Assembly: GCA_965206345.1 (NCBI GenBank)
Contig: OZ242211.1
Coordinates: 1,338,758-1,402,757, forward strand
Reading direction: 5' to 3'
DNA length: 64,000 nucleotides
Source: Arenicellales bacterium
GTDB taxonomy: Bacteria > Pseudomonadota > Gammaproteobacteria > Arenicellales > JAJDZL01
In this document: piece after piece, positions 50,435 through 59,108 of the stretch
How positions within the stretch are numbered: the first letter of the stretch is position 1
Layout of the letters: each line of letters opens with the position of its first letter
The notes under the pieces: model-generated
Database searches by the model: none
What the model saw: only the letters and a program-made list of their open reading frames with translations
What the model was told of the DNA's origin: nothing
Made by a program: the position numbers and the translations under genes

Positions 50435-51112
50435 TCAGATGGTATCAGCGTTGTCGATATGAAAGTTATAGAGTGTCCGTGCCGAGCCATAGCGGCGGAA
50501 TTCCGCAGCTGAATAATGAAGTCCGGCGTTCTGTAACATGTCCTGAAGCTCGCTTTGGTGATCAGGCGTCATTTCTTTTTCGATGCAGTCTGAACCGAGA
50601 CTGTCAATTTCACCGCGAACAAAAATATGCGCTTCATAAATTGAATCACCGAGGTTGCCACCGCAGTCACCGCATACGACAAGTCTACCAGACTGTGCCA
50701 TGAATGCACCAAAGTGACCGATGGAGCCGCCTACGACAATATTTATGCCTTTCATCGAAATACCACAGCGCGAACTGGTATTGCCCTTGATCACAAGCAG
50801 GCCTCCATGACCTGAGGCGCCTGCATACTGCGAGGCGTTGCCATCTACGACAACCCGTCCAGACATCATGTTTTCAGCGAGCCCTGGCCCGGCGTTGCCG
50901 GCGATATGAATACTAGCACTTTTGTTCATTCCAGCACAGTAATATCCCACGTGGCCGTCGATGGTCACGTCAATTGGATCGGTCAGCCCGACGGCAACAG
51001 AATGCGTACCCTTGGGATGGGCGATGACAAATTCTTCACCTTCCTTTCTGTCGGAATGATGCAGAGCTGCGTTGATCTCCCGCAGCGATTGGGTGGCCAA
51101 ATCAAGCTGCAT
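50435..51112 (-). CDS. mgsB: GXGXG-motif (GltB C-terminal domain) protein (N-methylglutamate synthase subunit B / GlxC-like)
   Basis: Repeated beta-helix glycine motifs (GNAGPGLAENM, GASGHGGLLVIKGN, GGSIGHFGAFM). ATG 51112 (MQLDLATQSLREIN...) overlaps the mgsA-like stop by 11 nt. Confidence 0.75.
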   Translation of the reverse strand: MQLDLATQSLREINAALHHSDRKEGEEFVIAHPKGTHSVAVGLTDPIDVTIDGHVGYYCAGMNKSASIHIAGNAGPGLAENMMSGRVVVDGNASQYAGASGHGGLLVIKGNTSSRCGISMKGINIVVGGSIGHFGAFMAQSGRLVVCGDCGGNLGDSIYEAHIFVRGEIDSLGSDCIEKEMTPDHQSELQDMLQNAGLHYSAAEFRRYGSARTLYNFHIDNADTI

Positions 51113-52031
51113 TTTGATCTCCGGCTTCAGATTCACTACGCTCCCAGCTGTAAATCTGTGCAGGAGCGGGCTCCCAAATATTGGAGTGCTTTGCATCTGG
51201 CAGGCGGGCTATGGCACGATATTCCGATGACATTGCTACCCAGTCATCATTTTCTGCGAGCACCGCTGGCTTGCAGGCAATTGGATCGCGCAGCACTGAA
51301 AACCCGTTACTTGAGCCGATGGCAAACGTGTAAAAACCGTCGAGGTCGCGGATGGCAGACTTGAGAGCGTCGACTACTGATTCACCGAGTGACAGTCGCC
51401 AAGTCAGGTAACCTGCAGCCACTTCACTGTCATTGTCAGTTTGAAACTGGCCGCCTTGTCTGGTAAGGTAATTTCTGAGACGGTTGTGATTTGACAGTGA
51501 GCCATTATGGACCAGGCACAGGTCAAGACCTGTGGAAAATGGGTGAGAGTGCTCTGTGGTCACCGCACTTTCAGTTGCCATACGGGTGTGCGCAACGGCG
51601 TGTGTGCCAGAGAAGTTCTTAAACCCGAATCGCTCAGCAACAGCTTTCGGATGCCCCATTTCCTTGTAAATTTCGATTGACTCACCGACACTCATTATGC
51701 GCAGTTCCGGCCAATTGCTGCGTATCCAGCGCTCGATTTCATCGACTGGTGCTGAGCTTGTCAAAATGGCATGGCTGGCATGTATTTCAAGATCAAATTC
51801 AAGGTCAAATGCCTGGCTGACTTGAGCCGTCCGTGTCGGCCAGTCTTCATCTGAACTGGCACTGAATAGCGATACTTTAGAGCCTCCCTTAGGTGCCGGA
51901 TTTCGGTAAATTGCGACGCCTGCACTGTCAGGTCCACGGTCACCCATTTCCTCGAGCATGTCTGAGACGAACTCACCAAGCCGCGATTCTAGTTCAGGTT
52001 TCTTTAGATATAGACCAACAATTCCGCACAT
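51102..52031 (-). CDS. mgsA: class II (Ntn) glutamine amidotransferase-like protein (N-methylglutamate synthase subunit A / GlxB-like)
   Basis: N-terminal MCGIVG nucleophile, and HTRMATES...HPF. Confidence 0.75.
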   Translation of the reverse strand: MCGIVGLYLKKPELESRLGEFVSDMLEEMGDRGPDSAGVAIYRNPAPKGGSKVSLFSASSDEDWPTRTAQVSQAFDLEFDLEIHASHAILTSSAPVDEIERWIRSNWPELRIMSVGESIEIYKEMGHPKAVAERFGFKNFSGTHAVAHTRMATESAVTTEHSHPFSTGLDLCLVHNGSLSNHNRLRNYLTRQGGQFQTDNDSEVAAGYLTWRLSLGESVVDALKSAIRDLDGFYTFAIGSSNGFSVLRDPIACKPAVLAENDDWVAMSSEYRAIARLPDAKHSNIWEPAPAQIYSWERSESEAGDQNAA

Positions 52032-52275
52032 GATTATCTGAAAACACCACTGATTTGAACGGGAATACTGTACCGTTGCTGCCCTTGAACACCAGATAGA
52101 AAGTGCTAAATTCTATCTTAAATTAAGCAGTCGAACGACACTAAACGGGAGATTTCAGGCAATTTGAAGGGAACCGATTCAGGCGAAGAATTATCCAGGC
52201 GTCAATGCGTCCGAGGATATAACATTTGGGAGACTTTACAGTCTTTAACCATCAATTCGCACGACTTTATCCGCC

Positions 52276-52908
52276 ATGAATTTTATTGACGAAAAAATTG
52301 AAGCTTATGCTGAAACACATTCAGAACGGTCGTCTGATCTGGTAATAGAAATTCACGACTGGACGGTTGAAAATTCCGACATGTCAAGAATGCTGTCCGG
52401 TGGACTACAAGCAGCTGTTCTCAGGCTTCTGGCGCGCAGTGTCGGAGCAAAGCGTGCGCTGGAAATAGGGATGTTTACCGGCTATTCTGCACTGGCAGTT
52501 GCCGAGGTTTTGCCGCAAGATGGCGAGTTAGTCACACTCGACATTGATCCGGACAGTGAGGCGATTGCTCGGAATTTCTTTGGTCGCAGTCCTCACGGAA
52601 GCAAAATAAAAATCAGGATCGGACATGCACTGGATGTCATTCCCAGTCTTGATGGGTCCTTCGATATGGTATATATCGATGCCGACAAAGTGAACTACAT
52701 TCGGTACTATGAAGCAGTCATGCCGCTGGTTTCAGGCGGTGGTTTGATTATTGCCGACAATGTGCTCTGGAGCGGTGAGGTATTAAATCCCGAAGGTGAG
52801 TCGGCTGTGGCACTTGCCGAATTCAATCGGCACGTTTTGGGGGATGCACGCGTCACCAACACCTTGCTGCCAATTCGCGATGGTCTAATGGTCGCACGCA
52901 AGAATTGA
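52276..52908 (+). CDS. class I SAM-dependent O-methyltransferase (family 3, caffeoyl-CoA OMT/YrrM-like)
   Basis: LEIGMFTGYSALAVA and YIDADKVNY motifs. Confidence 0.8.
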   Translation: MNFIDEKIEAYAETHSERSSDLVIEIHDWTVENSDMSRMLSGGLQAAVLRLLARSVGAKRALEIGMFTGYSALAVAEVLPQDGELVTLDIDPDSEAIARNFFGRSPHGSKIKIRIGHALDVIPSLDGSFDMVYIDADKVNYIRYYEAVMPLVSGGGLIIADNVLWSGEVLNPEGESAVALAEFNRHVLGDARVTNTLLPIRDGLMVARKN

Positions 52909-53214
52909 TCCGCCAAGTAGCTCTGAATATGCGGGGTTCGCAGGTTCTTCCAGCGCTCGCTGAGCGAGACTGACCCAGTCAGCGACCGATGTGCATTCGG
53001 ATTTAAGGTCTTCTATTTCTTGCCTATTCGGCATGGAAATTGTGAAAAATAATGCTGAAACAGGTTATTATTGTTCACCATTAGGAGACTGTCCTCTCAA
53101 TTGACCGGTTCAAAGCTACCGAATCGGTTTTCCAAAATCAATCGCTGCTGATACGCAGACTCAGTCTGCGTCAGTACTAATATGTTCCAATTCTGATTCA
53201 GGCGGAGGCATTCT

Positions 53215-54228
53215 ATGAAAATCTGTATTGTTGGTGCAGGGTCAATGGGTGGCATGATGGGTGTGAAGCTTCACAATTTAGGTGAAGAGGTAACGCTGAT
53301 CGCCCGAGGCCCACATCTTGCAGCAATTCAGGCGAATAACGGCATCAAACTCATTATGAATGATGGGACCGAAGAGTTCGCAGAAGGGGTTGCAGCGACT
53401 GATGACATCCGTTCAGTCGGACGTCAGGATTTGGTAATTCTGGCAGTAAAAGCTCATCAGATTGCACCAATAGTCGATGACGTAAATTCTTTACTGGGTG
53501 AAGATTCTGTGCTGCTGACCATTCAGAATGGCATTCTTTGGTGGTACTTTCAGTTGCATGGCGGCGAATTCGATAACCATGTATTGCAGACTATCGACCC
53601 GAACGGCAAACTTAGTTCAACGCTTGATCCACGAAATATTATTGGTTCGATTTCCTATCCAGCGGCGGAAATCAGCGCCCCTGGGGAAATTACGCACATC
53701 GAGGGTCTTCGGATGCCGATTGGGGAGATTGATGGTGTTGAAAAAGATAGGACCAGGGAGCTGGCAGATCTTTTGACTCGCGCGGGCTTCAAGTCACCAA
53801 TTCTTGAAAGCATTCGAGCTGAGACTTGGTTGAAGGTGCTCGGAAACCTGAGCTTTAACCCGGTCAGTGCTTTGGCTCATGCAACATTGGAGGACATCTG
53901 TCGCTACGATCCCTCGCGCGACTTGATTGACAATATGATGACAGAATGTCGCGAAGTTGCGCATCGTTTAGGTATTGAGATTCGGTTGTCCAATGAGCGC
54001 CGAATAGCAGGTGCTGAAAGAGTCGGCAAGCATAAGACCTCAATGTTACAGGACATTGAAGTCGGAAAAGCGCTTGAGCTTGAAGGGCTGATCGGTGCGG
54101 TGATCGAAATGGCGCAAATGACAGGTAAAGAGGTGCCATACATTGAAGCAGTCTATGCCATGATCAGACTTTTAGATCATACTGTGCAGACTGAGCGTGT
54201 GTACGTCAAGGCCCAGCGGCTTGACTAA
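53215..54228 (+). CDS. 2-dehydropantoate 2-reductase (PanE/ApbA family)
   Basis: Rossmann motif KICIVGAGSMGG, and the KTSMLQD family block. Confidence 0.8.
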   Translation: MKICIVGAGSMGGMMGVKLHNLGEEVTLIARGPHLAAIQANNGIKLIMNDGTEEFAEGVAATDDIRSVGRQDLVILAVKAHQIAPIVDDVNSLLGEDSVLLTIQNGILWWYFQLHGGEFDNHVLQTIDPNGKLSSTLDPRNIIGSISYPAAEISAPGEITHIEGLRMPIGEIDGVEKDRTRELADLLTRAGFKSPILESIRAETWLKVLGNLSFNPVSALAHATLEDICRYDPSRDLIDNMMTECREVAHRLGIEIRLSNERRIAGAERVGKHKTSMLQDIEVGKALELEGLIGAVIEMAQMTGKEVPYIEAVYAMIRLLDHTVQTERVYVKAQRLD

Positions 54229-54767
54229 GTGAAAATTCGTAACTGAGAACTAGGCTGACAGGAAGTCAGTTAATTTAGAACTACCCCATAGCAGATCACG
54301 TGCGAGAGATGATCCGCGCGGATTCCTAGGGCAAATTCGTGATGGGATCATTTTTGATGTAGCGCAATCTGATCCAGATGTGCCGTCTAATATTCAGATT
54401 ATTGTAGAAGACAACCACGTACGCGGTTGCTGGAATCTGATCTGTTCAAATTTCCGCTCTGTTGGAGCAGGTCCGCTAGCCGAATTGCGGGTATCGTCTC
54501 AGCCAGATCAAGTGCAGTCAACCGACAGTTTTACTGCAACGAAAAATTTAAAACAGCAAGTCGAACCACAACAAAGTAATCCTTCTACCGTCAGTCCTTA
54601 ACTATTTTTCCTAGCGACTTCTGTTCGGAGGACTTATTGGATTTGGAGGTGCAGGTGGAGCCGGTGGAGGTGGCGGTTTTGCCGTGTGTGGTGGTTTTGG
54701 AGACATACCATGATCTCCTGGTTGTCTACTTGGCGGGGGATTTGGTGCTTTTACCATGACTCTCTCG

Positions 54768-55382
54768 TTAATTTTGGCTTTGTTCGGATATCGGGACAAA
54801 TTCAACAATTTGAACATCAATCACCGGAACCAGTAAAGAAATTACACTTTCCCTGTATTTACTGTTGGTATTCATTTTACTCTCTTCTATCCATTCTGCT
54901 TCTTCCAAGTGAAAGTGCCCCTCTGCAGGTCTGCTTGGCCATTCGGTCGGCCAACCATAAACTCTTCGACCGTCATACAAGTGAAGCACTACGTACGATC
55001 TTTCGTGCTGGGAAAATGCGGAATACCACTCAGAAGAGTATGTGTTTTCTTTTGTGATTTTTAGTATTCGAAAAAGTCTATGTGGCCAATCGTGATTGAT
55101 GCAAATAGCAGCGAATATTCCCAAAACAATTGCAAAAAGTGCCGCCAACCATGCCAGACTGCCGTATGTATCTTGTTGAGTTGGCGCTATAGATGGAACC
55201 ATCGCCTGTACTATCGGCATTATTGACTGAACAATAAATGTAAAAATTAAGGCGAGGATTGTCCTTTCGAATGAGTTAGGTTTTGAATGGGAGATCAGCG
55301 AATAGAATATTGCGGCAGCTATGAATCCAGGTAGCAGAAACAATAGAAGTTCAAGCAGCGTGCTGGGGATTTGTGAAAACAT
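54768..55382 (-). CDS. hypothetical membrane protein (N-terminal 3-4 TM + soluble C-terminal domain)
   Basis: Hydrophobic N-terminal half and a W/Y-rich C-terminal domain (YSSEWYSAF...VYGWPTEWPS). No family recognised with confidence. Lies in a low-density, AT-richer patch. Confidence 0.45.
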   Translation of the reverse strand: MFSQIPSTLLELLLFLLPGFIAAAIFYSLISHSKPNSFERTILALIFTFIVQSIMPIVQAMVPSIAPTQQDTYGSLAWLAALFAIVLGIFAAICINHDWPHRLFRILKITKENTYSSEWYSAFSQHERSYVVLHLYDGRRVYGWPTEWPSRPAEGHFHLEEAEWIEESKMNTNSKYRESVISLLVPVIDVQIVEFVPISEQSQN

Positions 55383-55579
55383 AGAGAGTTACAAAAAAAT
55401 TATTCAGGTCCGAGAAAAGTAAACATTCTGATGTGTTTTACGATTATTTTACAGCCGTCATCCCAAGTTTATAATTCCCAAAACCAAGGACTCTTTTGTT
55501 GTAGCGGAAAATTGTAATATTGGATGATTCTCTGTATAAGATACTGTTCAAACCGAATATCAATTGAGGCTTGGAAATA

Positions 55580-56308
55580 ATGCCAAGGAAGGGTTTCTCG
55601 TTGTACGCTCCGTTTGCAGCAGTGGGCTGTTGCCTTTTTCTTTTTTCCTCTTCCGCTAGTACCAAAGATCTAATGGAGTGTGTTCAATCAGTTGACCATA
55701 GCTTTGAAGGACAGCTACTTACTGAAGAAGAAAAGTATCAAATTCTGCTGCAGCGATTGGCAGATGACCAGATTCGCTTTGAAGAATGCCTCCAAATCAA
55801 CATCAGTGCCGCCAGGGACGGCGGTGGTGCGTCAGGAGGTGGAAGCGGCGGTACAAATTCAAGTGCAACAGCTGGTGGAGGTCAACTCAAAGGACAGAGT
55901 ACAGATGGCAGTCAGACCTTTGCTACTGCGTTGGAATCAATTTCTGCATCGGGAGTTCAGGGTACGGAATTGCCGGAGCCTGAAAATCAGATTACGGGAT
56001 TGGGCGAACCCGAAAATGAACCTGCCGAATTGTCTGATTTCGAAAATCAGGACGGACTTTCTCCGGCAATATTGAATGAAATTACACCAGGTGGTGTAGC
56101 AAGCGGTGGAAATAGAGTGCTTTCAAACGGCATGCAACCAGAGGAGCTGGAAGTTTCAGACAACGATGCAATTTTACTGAGCCAAATACTGGCGGCCGCT
56201 AACGCTGAACAGGACCCTGACAAGAAAAAGAAACTGATGGAAGAGTACCGTAGAATGAGATCAGGCAATAGCGGTGAAACCGCCGTAGCTGCAGGAGGGC
56301 AGCAATGA
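55580..56308 (+). CDS. secreted Gly/Ser-rich acidic protein, unknown function (first gene of the candidate operon)
   Basis: ATG 55580 gives MPRKGFSLYAPFAAVGCCLFLFSSSAS, a signal peptide. There is a low-complexity GGGASGGGSGG tract. The stop overlaps the next start (ATGA at 56305-56308). Confidence 0.5.
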   Translation: MPRKGFSLYAPFAAVGCCLFLFSSSASTKDLMECVQSVDHSFEGQLLTEEEKYQILLQRLADDQIRFEECLQINISAARDGGGASGGGSGGTNSSATAGGGQLKGQSTDGSQTFATALESISASGVQGTELPEPENQITGLGEPENEPAELSDFENQDGLSPAILNEITPGGVASGGNRVLSNGMQPEELEVSDNDAILLSQILAAANAEQDPDKKKKLMEEYRRMRSGNSGETAVAAGGQQ

Positions 56309-57540
56309 TGCTAACGAGAATTACTTCAATCGCACTACTGACAATTTTTTCGCTGTACCTTGCCGCTTGTGGCGGAACATCCGCGGTAGTTAGCTCCTCG
56401 ACCGCGCCAAAAACACCGTTTGGGATCAGCTTGGAACATTCACCCAATAATCAAGGTTGGAGCGAACAATATACAGGTGTGCGCCTTGATGTCATTGTGC
56501 CGTTGTTTGACCCCAACATACCCTCTGATCCTGACGACTATGAAAAGGAAGGCATTTGGCCGGAATTGCGTCGCACCGAAGCCATTCGCTTCTCCGTGAG
56601 CCTGTCGGATGAAATTAAAGCAACTGGTGCATTTAACGGCGTGCGCGTAACGCCGGACGTTGCGGTTAGCGGCGATCTTTTTGTTTCGGGCAAAATCCTC
56701 GAATCAAATGGCGAAGATATCAAGATCGAAGTGCAAGTGCATGACATCAGCGGCAAAAGATGGATGAAGCGGACTTATAAACATCGCGTGAAGGAGTATC
56801 ACTGGCAAAGTAGTCGCACCAGTGCTACGGATCCGTACAATCCAGTGTTCAAAAAGGCTGCCACCGACATTGTGAAACTTCTGAAGAAAAAATCTTCTGA
56901 AGAACTTGCTGATATCCGAGCGACTTCTCAGCTTCAGTTTGCTGCCACTCTTTCACCCGACGCATTTGCACAACATCTCGAAGTCAAAAACAATCGAGTA
57001 AAACTCGTTTCATTACCAGCAGTGAATGATCCATTACTGGTTCGAGCCAATGGAATGCGAGTGCAGGATGCGCTTTTCATGGATGATATGCAAAAACACT
57101 ACACAGGGTTTGTCCGTACAACCAATGCCAGTTACATTAACTGGCAGCAGCATAGTATGGAAGCTGCAAAGGCCCAGCGTGAAGCGGAAGGAAGGGCCAA
57201 TGCCCAGGCTATTGGTGGATTTTTGCTGCTTCTTGGTGCTGCGGCAATTGCTGACGACAGTAGCGGCGACACCGGCGCCGCTCTGGCAGCAACCGCCGTG
57301 GCAGTTGGTGGCATTTCAATGCTGCAAAACAGCTTTGCCGCAAATAGTGAGAGTAAATACCATCACGATATTCTGGTAGAGCATGGCGAATCGTTTAATC
57401 GCGAGGTTGAACCCAAAGTGATCCTGGTCGAAGGACATAAACTTGAAATTCGAGGCAGTGTTGTCACCCAATATCAAAAGTGGCGGGAAACTCTAAAACT
57501 GCTCCACGAACATGAATCTCCACCGCCGGTGCAACTCTAA
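56305..57540 (+). CDS. lipoprotein with a C-terminal hydrophobic Gly/Ala-rich segment, unknown function
   Basis: Lipobox LYLAACGG. A beta-rich middle part (DLFVSGKILESNGEDIKIEVQVHDISGKRW). A hydrophobic stretch, AIGGFLLLLGAAAIA...ALAATAVAVGGISML. Confidence 0.6.
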   Translation: MMLTRITSIALLTIFSLYLAACGGTSAVVSSSTAPKTPFGISLEHSPNNQGWSEQYTGVRLDVIVPLFDPNIPSDPDDYEKEGIWPELRRTEAIRFSVSLSDEIKATGAFNGVRVTPDVAVSGDLFVSGKILESNGEDIKIEVQVHDISGKRWMKRTYKHRVKEYHWQSSRTSATDPYNPVFKKAATDIVKLLKKKSSEELADIRATSQLQFAATLSPDAFAQHLEVKNNRVKLVSLPAVNDPLLVRANGMRVQDALFMDDMQKHYTGFVRTTNASYINWQQHSMEAAKAQREAEGRANAQAIGGFLLLLGAAAIADDSSGDTGAALAATAVAVGGISMLQNSFAANSESKYHHDILVEHGESFNREVEPKVILVEGHKLEIRGSVVTQYQKWRETLKLLHEHESPPPVQL

Positions 57541-57611
57541 TCGGTCATCGTGCAAGCGACGCTCAGGATAAGTTCGTGATGCGGTAACTTGTAAATCAGA
57601 TCTGAGGTAAG

Positions 57612-59108
57612 ATGCCTGTCATGCACAGCAGCCAATCAGCAGGTGTCAAATTACTGAAACACGTTGTTCCCACCGTATTGAGCTTTTTCCTGTTCTGTGG
57701 TTTAGCAGATTCAGTCAGTTCCGATTTGCAGGTTGTTTCATCAATCACGCAGCCAAACGTTGAAAGCAAAACCAGCGACCAAGTTTTTCGCGACGATAAC
57801 CGCACAGATCACTCGTTAAGTCAGGACGATGCGATAGTCATTGGAGTTATCACGCAAACTTCATCTGACAGTCAACAATCAGAATCTAAACACTACAAAC
57901 AAATGCTTGCCCGCGTGGATGAAGCATTGACAGCGTGGGAAATAAGACGGTCAATTGTTCCAGGTTTTGATCAAAGTCTTGAGTTCATTCTTACCAGTCG
58001 GGGTAAGGCAGAAGCGGCTTTTTTTGACGTCGATTATCCGGAAGCGATTCGTCTCATAGAGCAGGTACTTGCTGAAGTCGAATACATTTTTCAGCTGGAG
58101 GAAGATTTCTATTACATCAATCTGAAAATCGCAATCAGTGCGTTTGAGGCGGAAGATGTCGAAGGCGCACAGGACGCCATCACTTTGGCACTCGCCTTGC
58201 GCCCCAACAACAAAGAGGCAGAATTTTGGCAGCAGCAGATTATTCAGTTGCCGGAATTGATTGCTGCCAGGCAGGTTGCCATTGAAGCACGCAATGAAGG
58301 TCGATTGCAGGATGAAATTGATGCACTTTATCGTGTTCTGAAAATTAAGCCTAACGAAGAAGAGGTGAAGACACGCATTGAAGCAGCAAATCGCGAGTTA
58401 CAGGACCAACGATTCAAACGCGCAATTGACGAAGGGCGTCAAGCACTGTCCAATCAGGATGTGGAAAAGGCGAGAAATGCACTAGCAAACGCTCAACGAT
58501 TTAAACCATCGCATCCGGAAATCTCGCGACTGAAACAAAGTATTGAAGAACTGGTCCGTGATCTTGAAGTGGCAAAACTGATTGAGGCTGCTGCAAATGG
58601 CGCAATTCAGGATGACTGGCTCGCTGTTCAGCAGAGCCTTGAGCTGGCGTTAAAGCTTAACCCGAATCTGAGTGATGCGATCGAGGGCCGAATTCTAGCC
58701 AAGAGCATCATTGACGCACAGTCTAAATTTGATGACTATTTGGCCAGATCACATCGGCTGAGTTCCAAAAATATTGTCGATGCCGTACGTAAGGAACTAG
58801 AGGAAGCCCAAGTGTTGCTGAAATACAGTCCACGCTTGCGAACAGCTGTCAGTGAACTTGAAGTTGAAGTGGTTAAGTGGCAAACAGAAGTGCCTGTGCG
58901 CGTGATCTCTGATGGCAAAACGCACATCATAGTGCGCAGGGTTGGCATTATCGGAGCAGTTCGCGATCGGGAGATTATGCTCAAACCCGGAACCTACCGA
59001 TTTGAGGGAACAAGGAGAGGGTATCGAAACAAGTTGGTGGAGGTAAAAGTTCCACCGTATGCTAATGAAGTTACCGAAGTAACGGTTATCTGCGATGAGC
59101 GGGTTTAA
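57612..59108 (+). CDS. secreted TPR-like/helical-repeat protein with a C-terminal PEGA-like beta domain
   Basis: Signal peptide (VVPTVLSFFLFCGLADS). Helical repeats (AITLALALRPNNKEAEFW..., ALELALKLNPNLSDAIEG). C-terminal VRVISDGKTHIIVRRVG...LKPGTYRFEGTRRGYRNKLVEVKV. 14-nt overlap with the next gene. Confidence 0.65.
   Translation: MPVMHSSQSAGVKLLKHVVPTVLSFFLFCGLADSVSSDLQVVSSITQPNVESKTSDQVFRDDNRTDHSLSQDDAIVIGVITQTSSDSQQSESKHYKQMLARVDEALTAWEIRRSIVPGFDQSLEFILTSRGKAEAAFFDVDYPEAIRLIEQVLAEVEYIFQLEEDFYYINLKIAISAFEAEDVEGAQDAITLALALRPNNKEAEFWQQQIIQLPELIAARQVAIEARNEGRLQDEIDALYRVLKIKPNEEEVKTRIEAANRELQDQRFKRAIDEGRQALSNQDVEKARNALANAQRFKPSHPEISRLKQSIEELVRDLEVAKLIEAAANGAIQDDWLAVQQSLELALKLNPNLSDAIEGRILAKSIIDAQSKFDDYLARSHRLSSKNIVDAVRKELEEAQVLLKYSPRLRTAVSELEVEVVKWQTEVPVRVISDGKTHIIVRRVGIIGAVRDREIMLKPGTYRFEGTRRGYRNKLVEVKVPPYANEVTEVTVICDERV

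Noticed and set aside
53140-53180. Imperfect palindrome ctgatacgcagactcagtctgcgtcag upstream of the panE-like gene as an operator or terminator
   Set aside because: It occurs once, with no T-run and no adjacent regulator gene. It could be an operator or a terminator for the upstream gene, but nothing discriminates between these.
54611-54820. 69-aa proline-rich ORF from the track
   Set aside because: Its first 21 codons overlap the 3' end of the 204-aa gene in another frame. Only a shorter 48-aa version (ATG 54757) is conceivable. The low-complexity Pro-rich frame could simply be a GC-rich antisense artefact. It is mentioned in a finding but not called as a feature.
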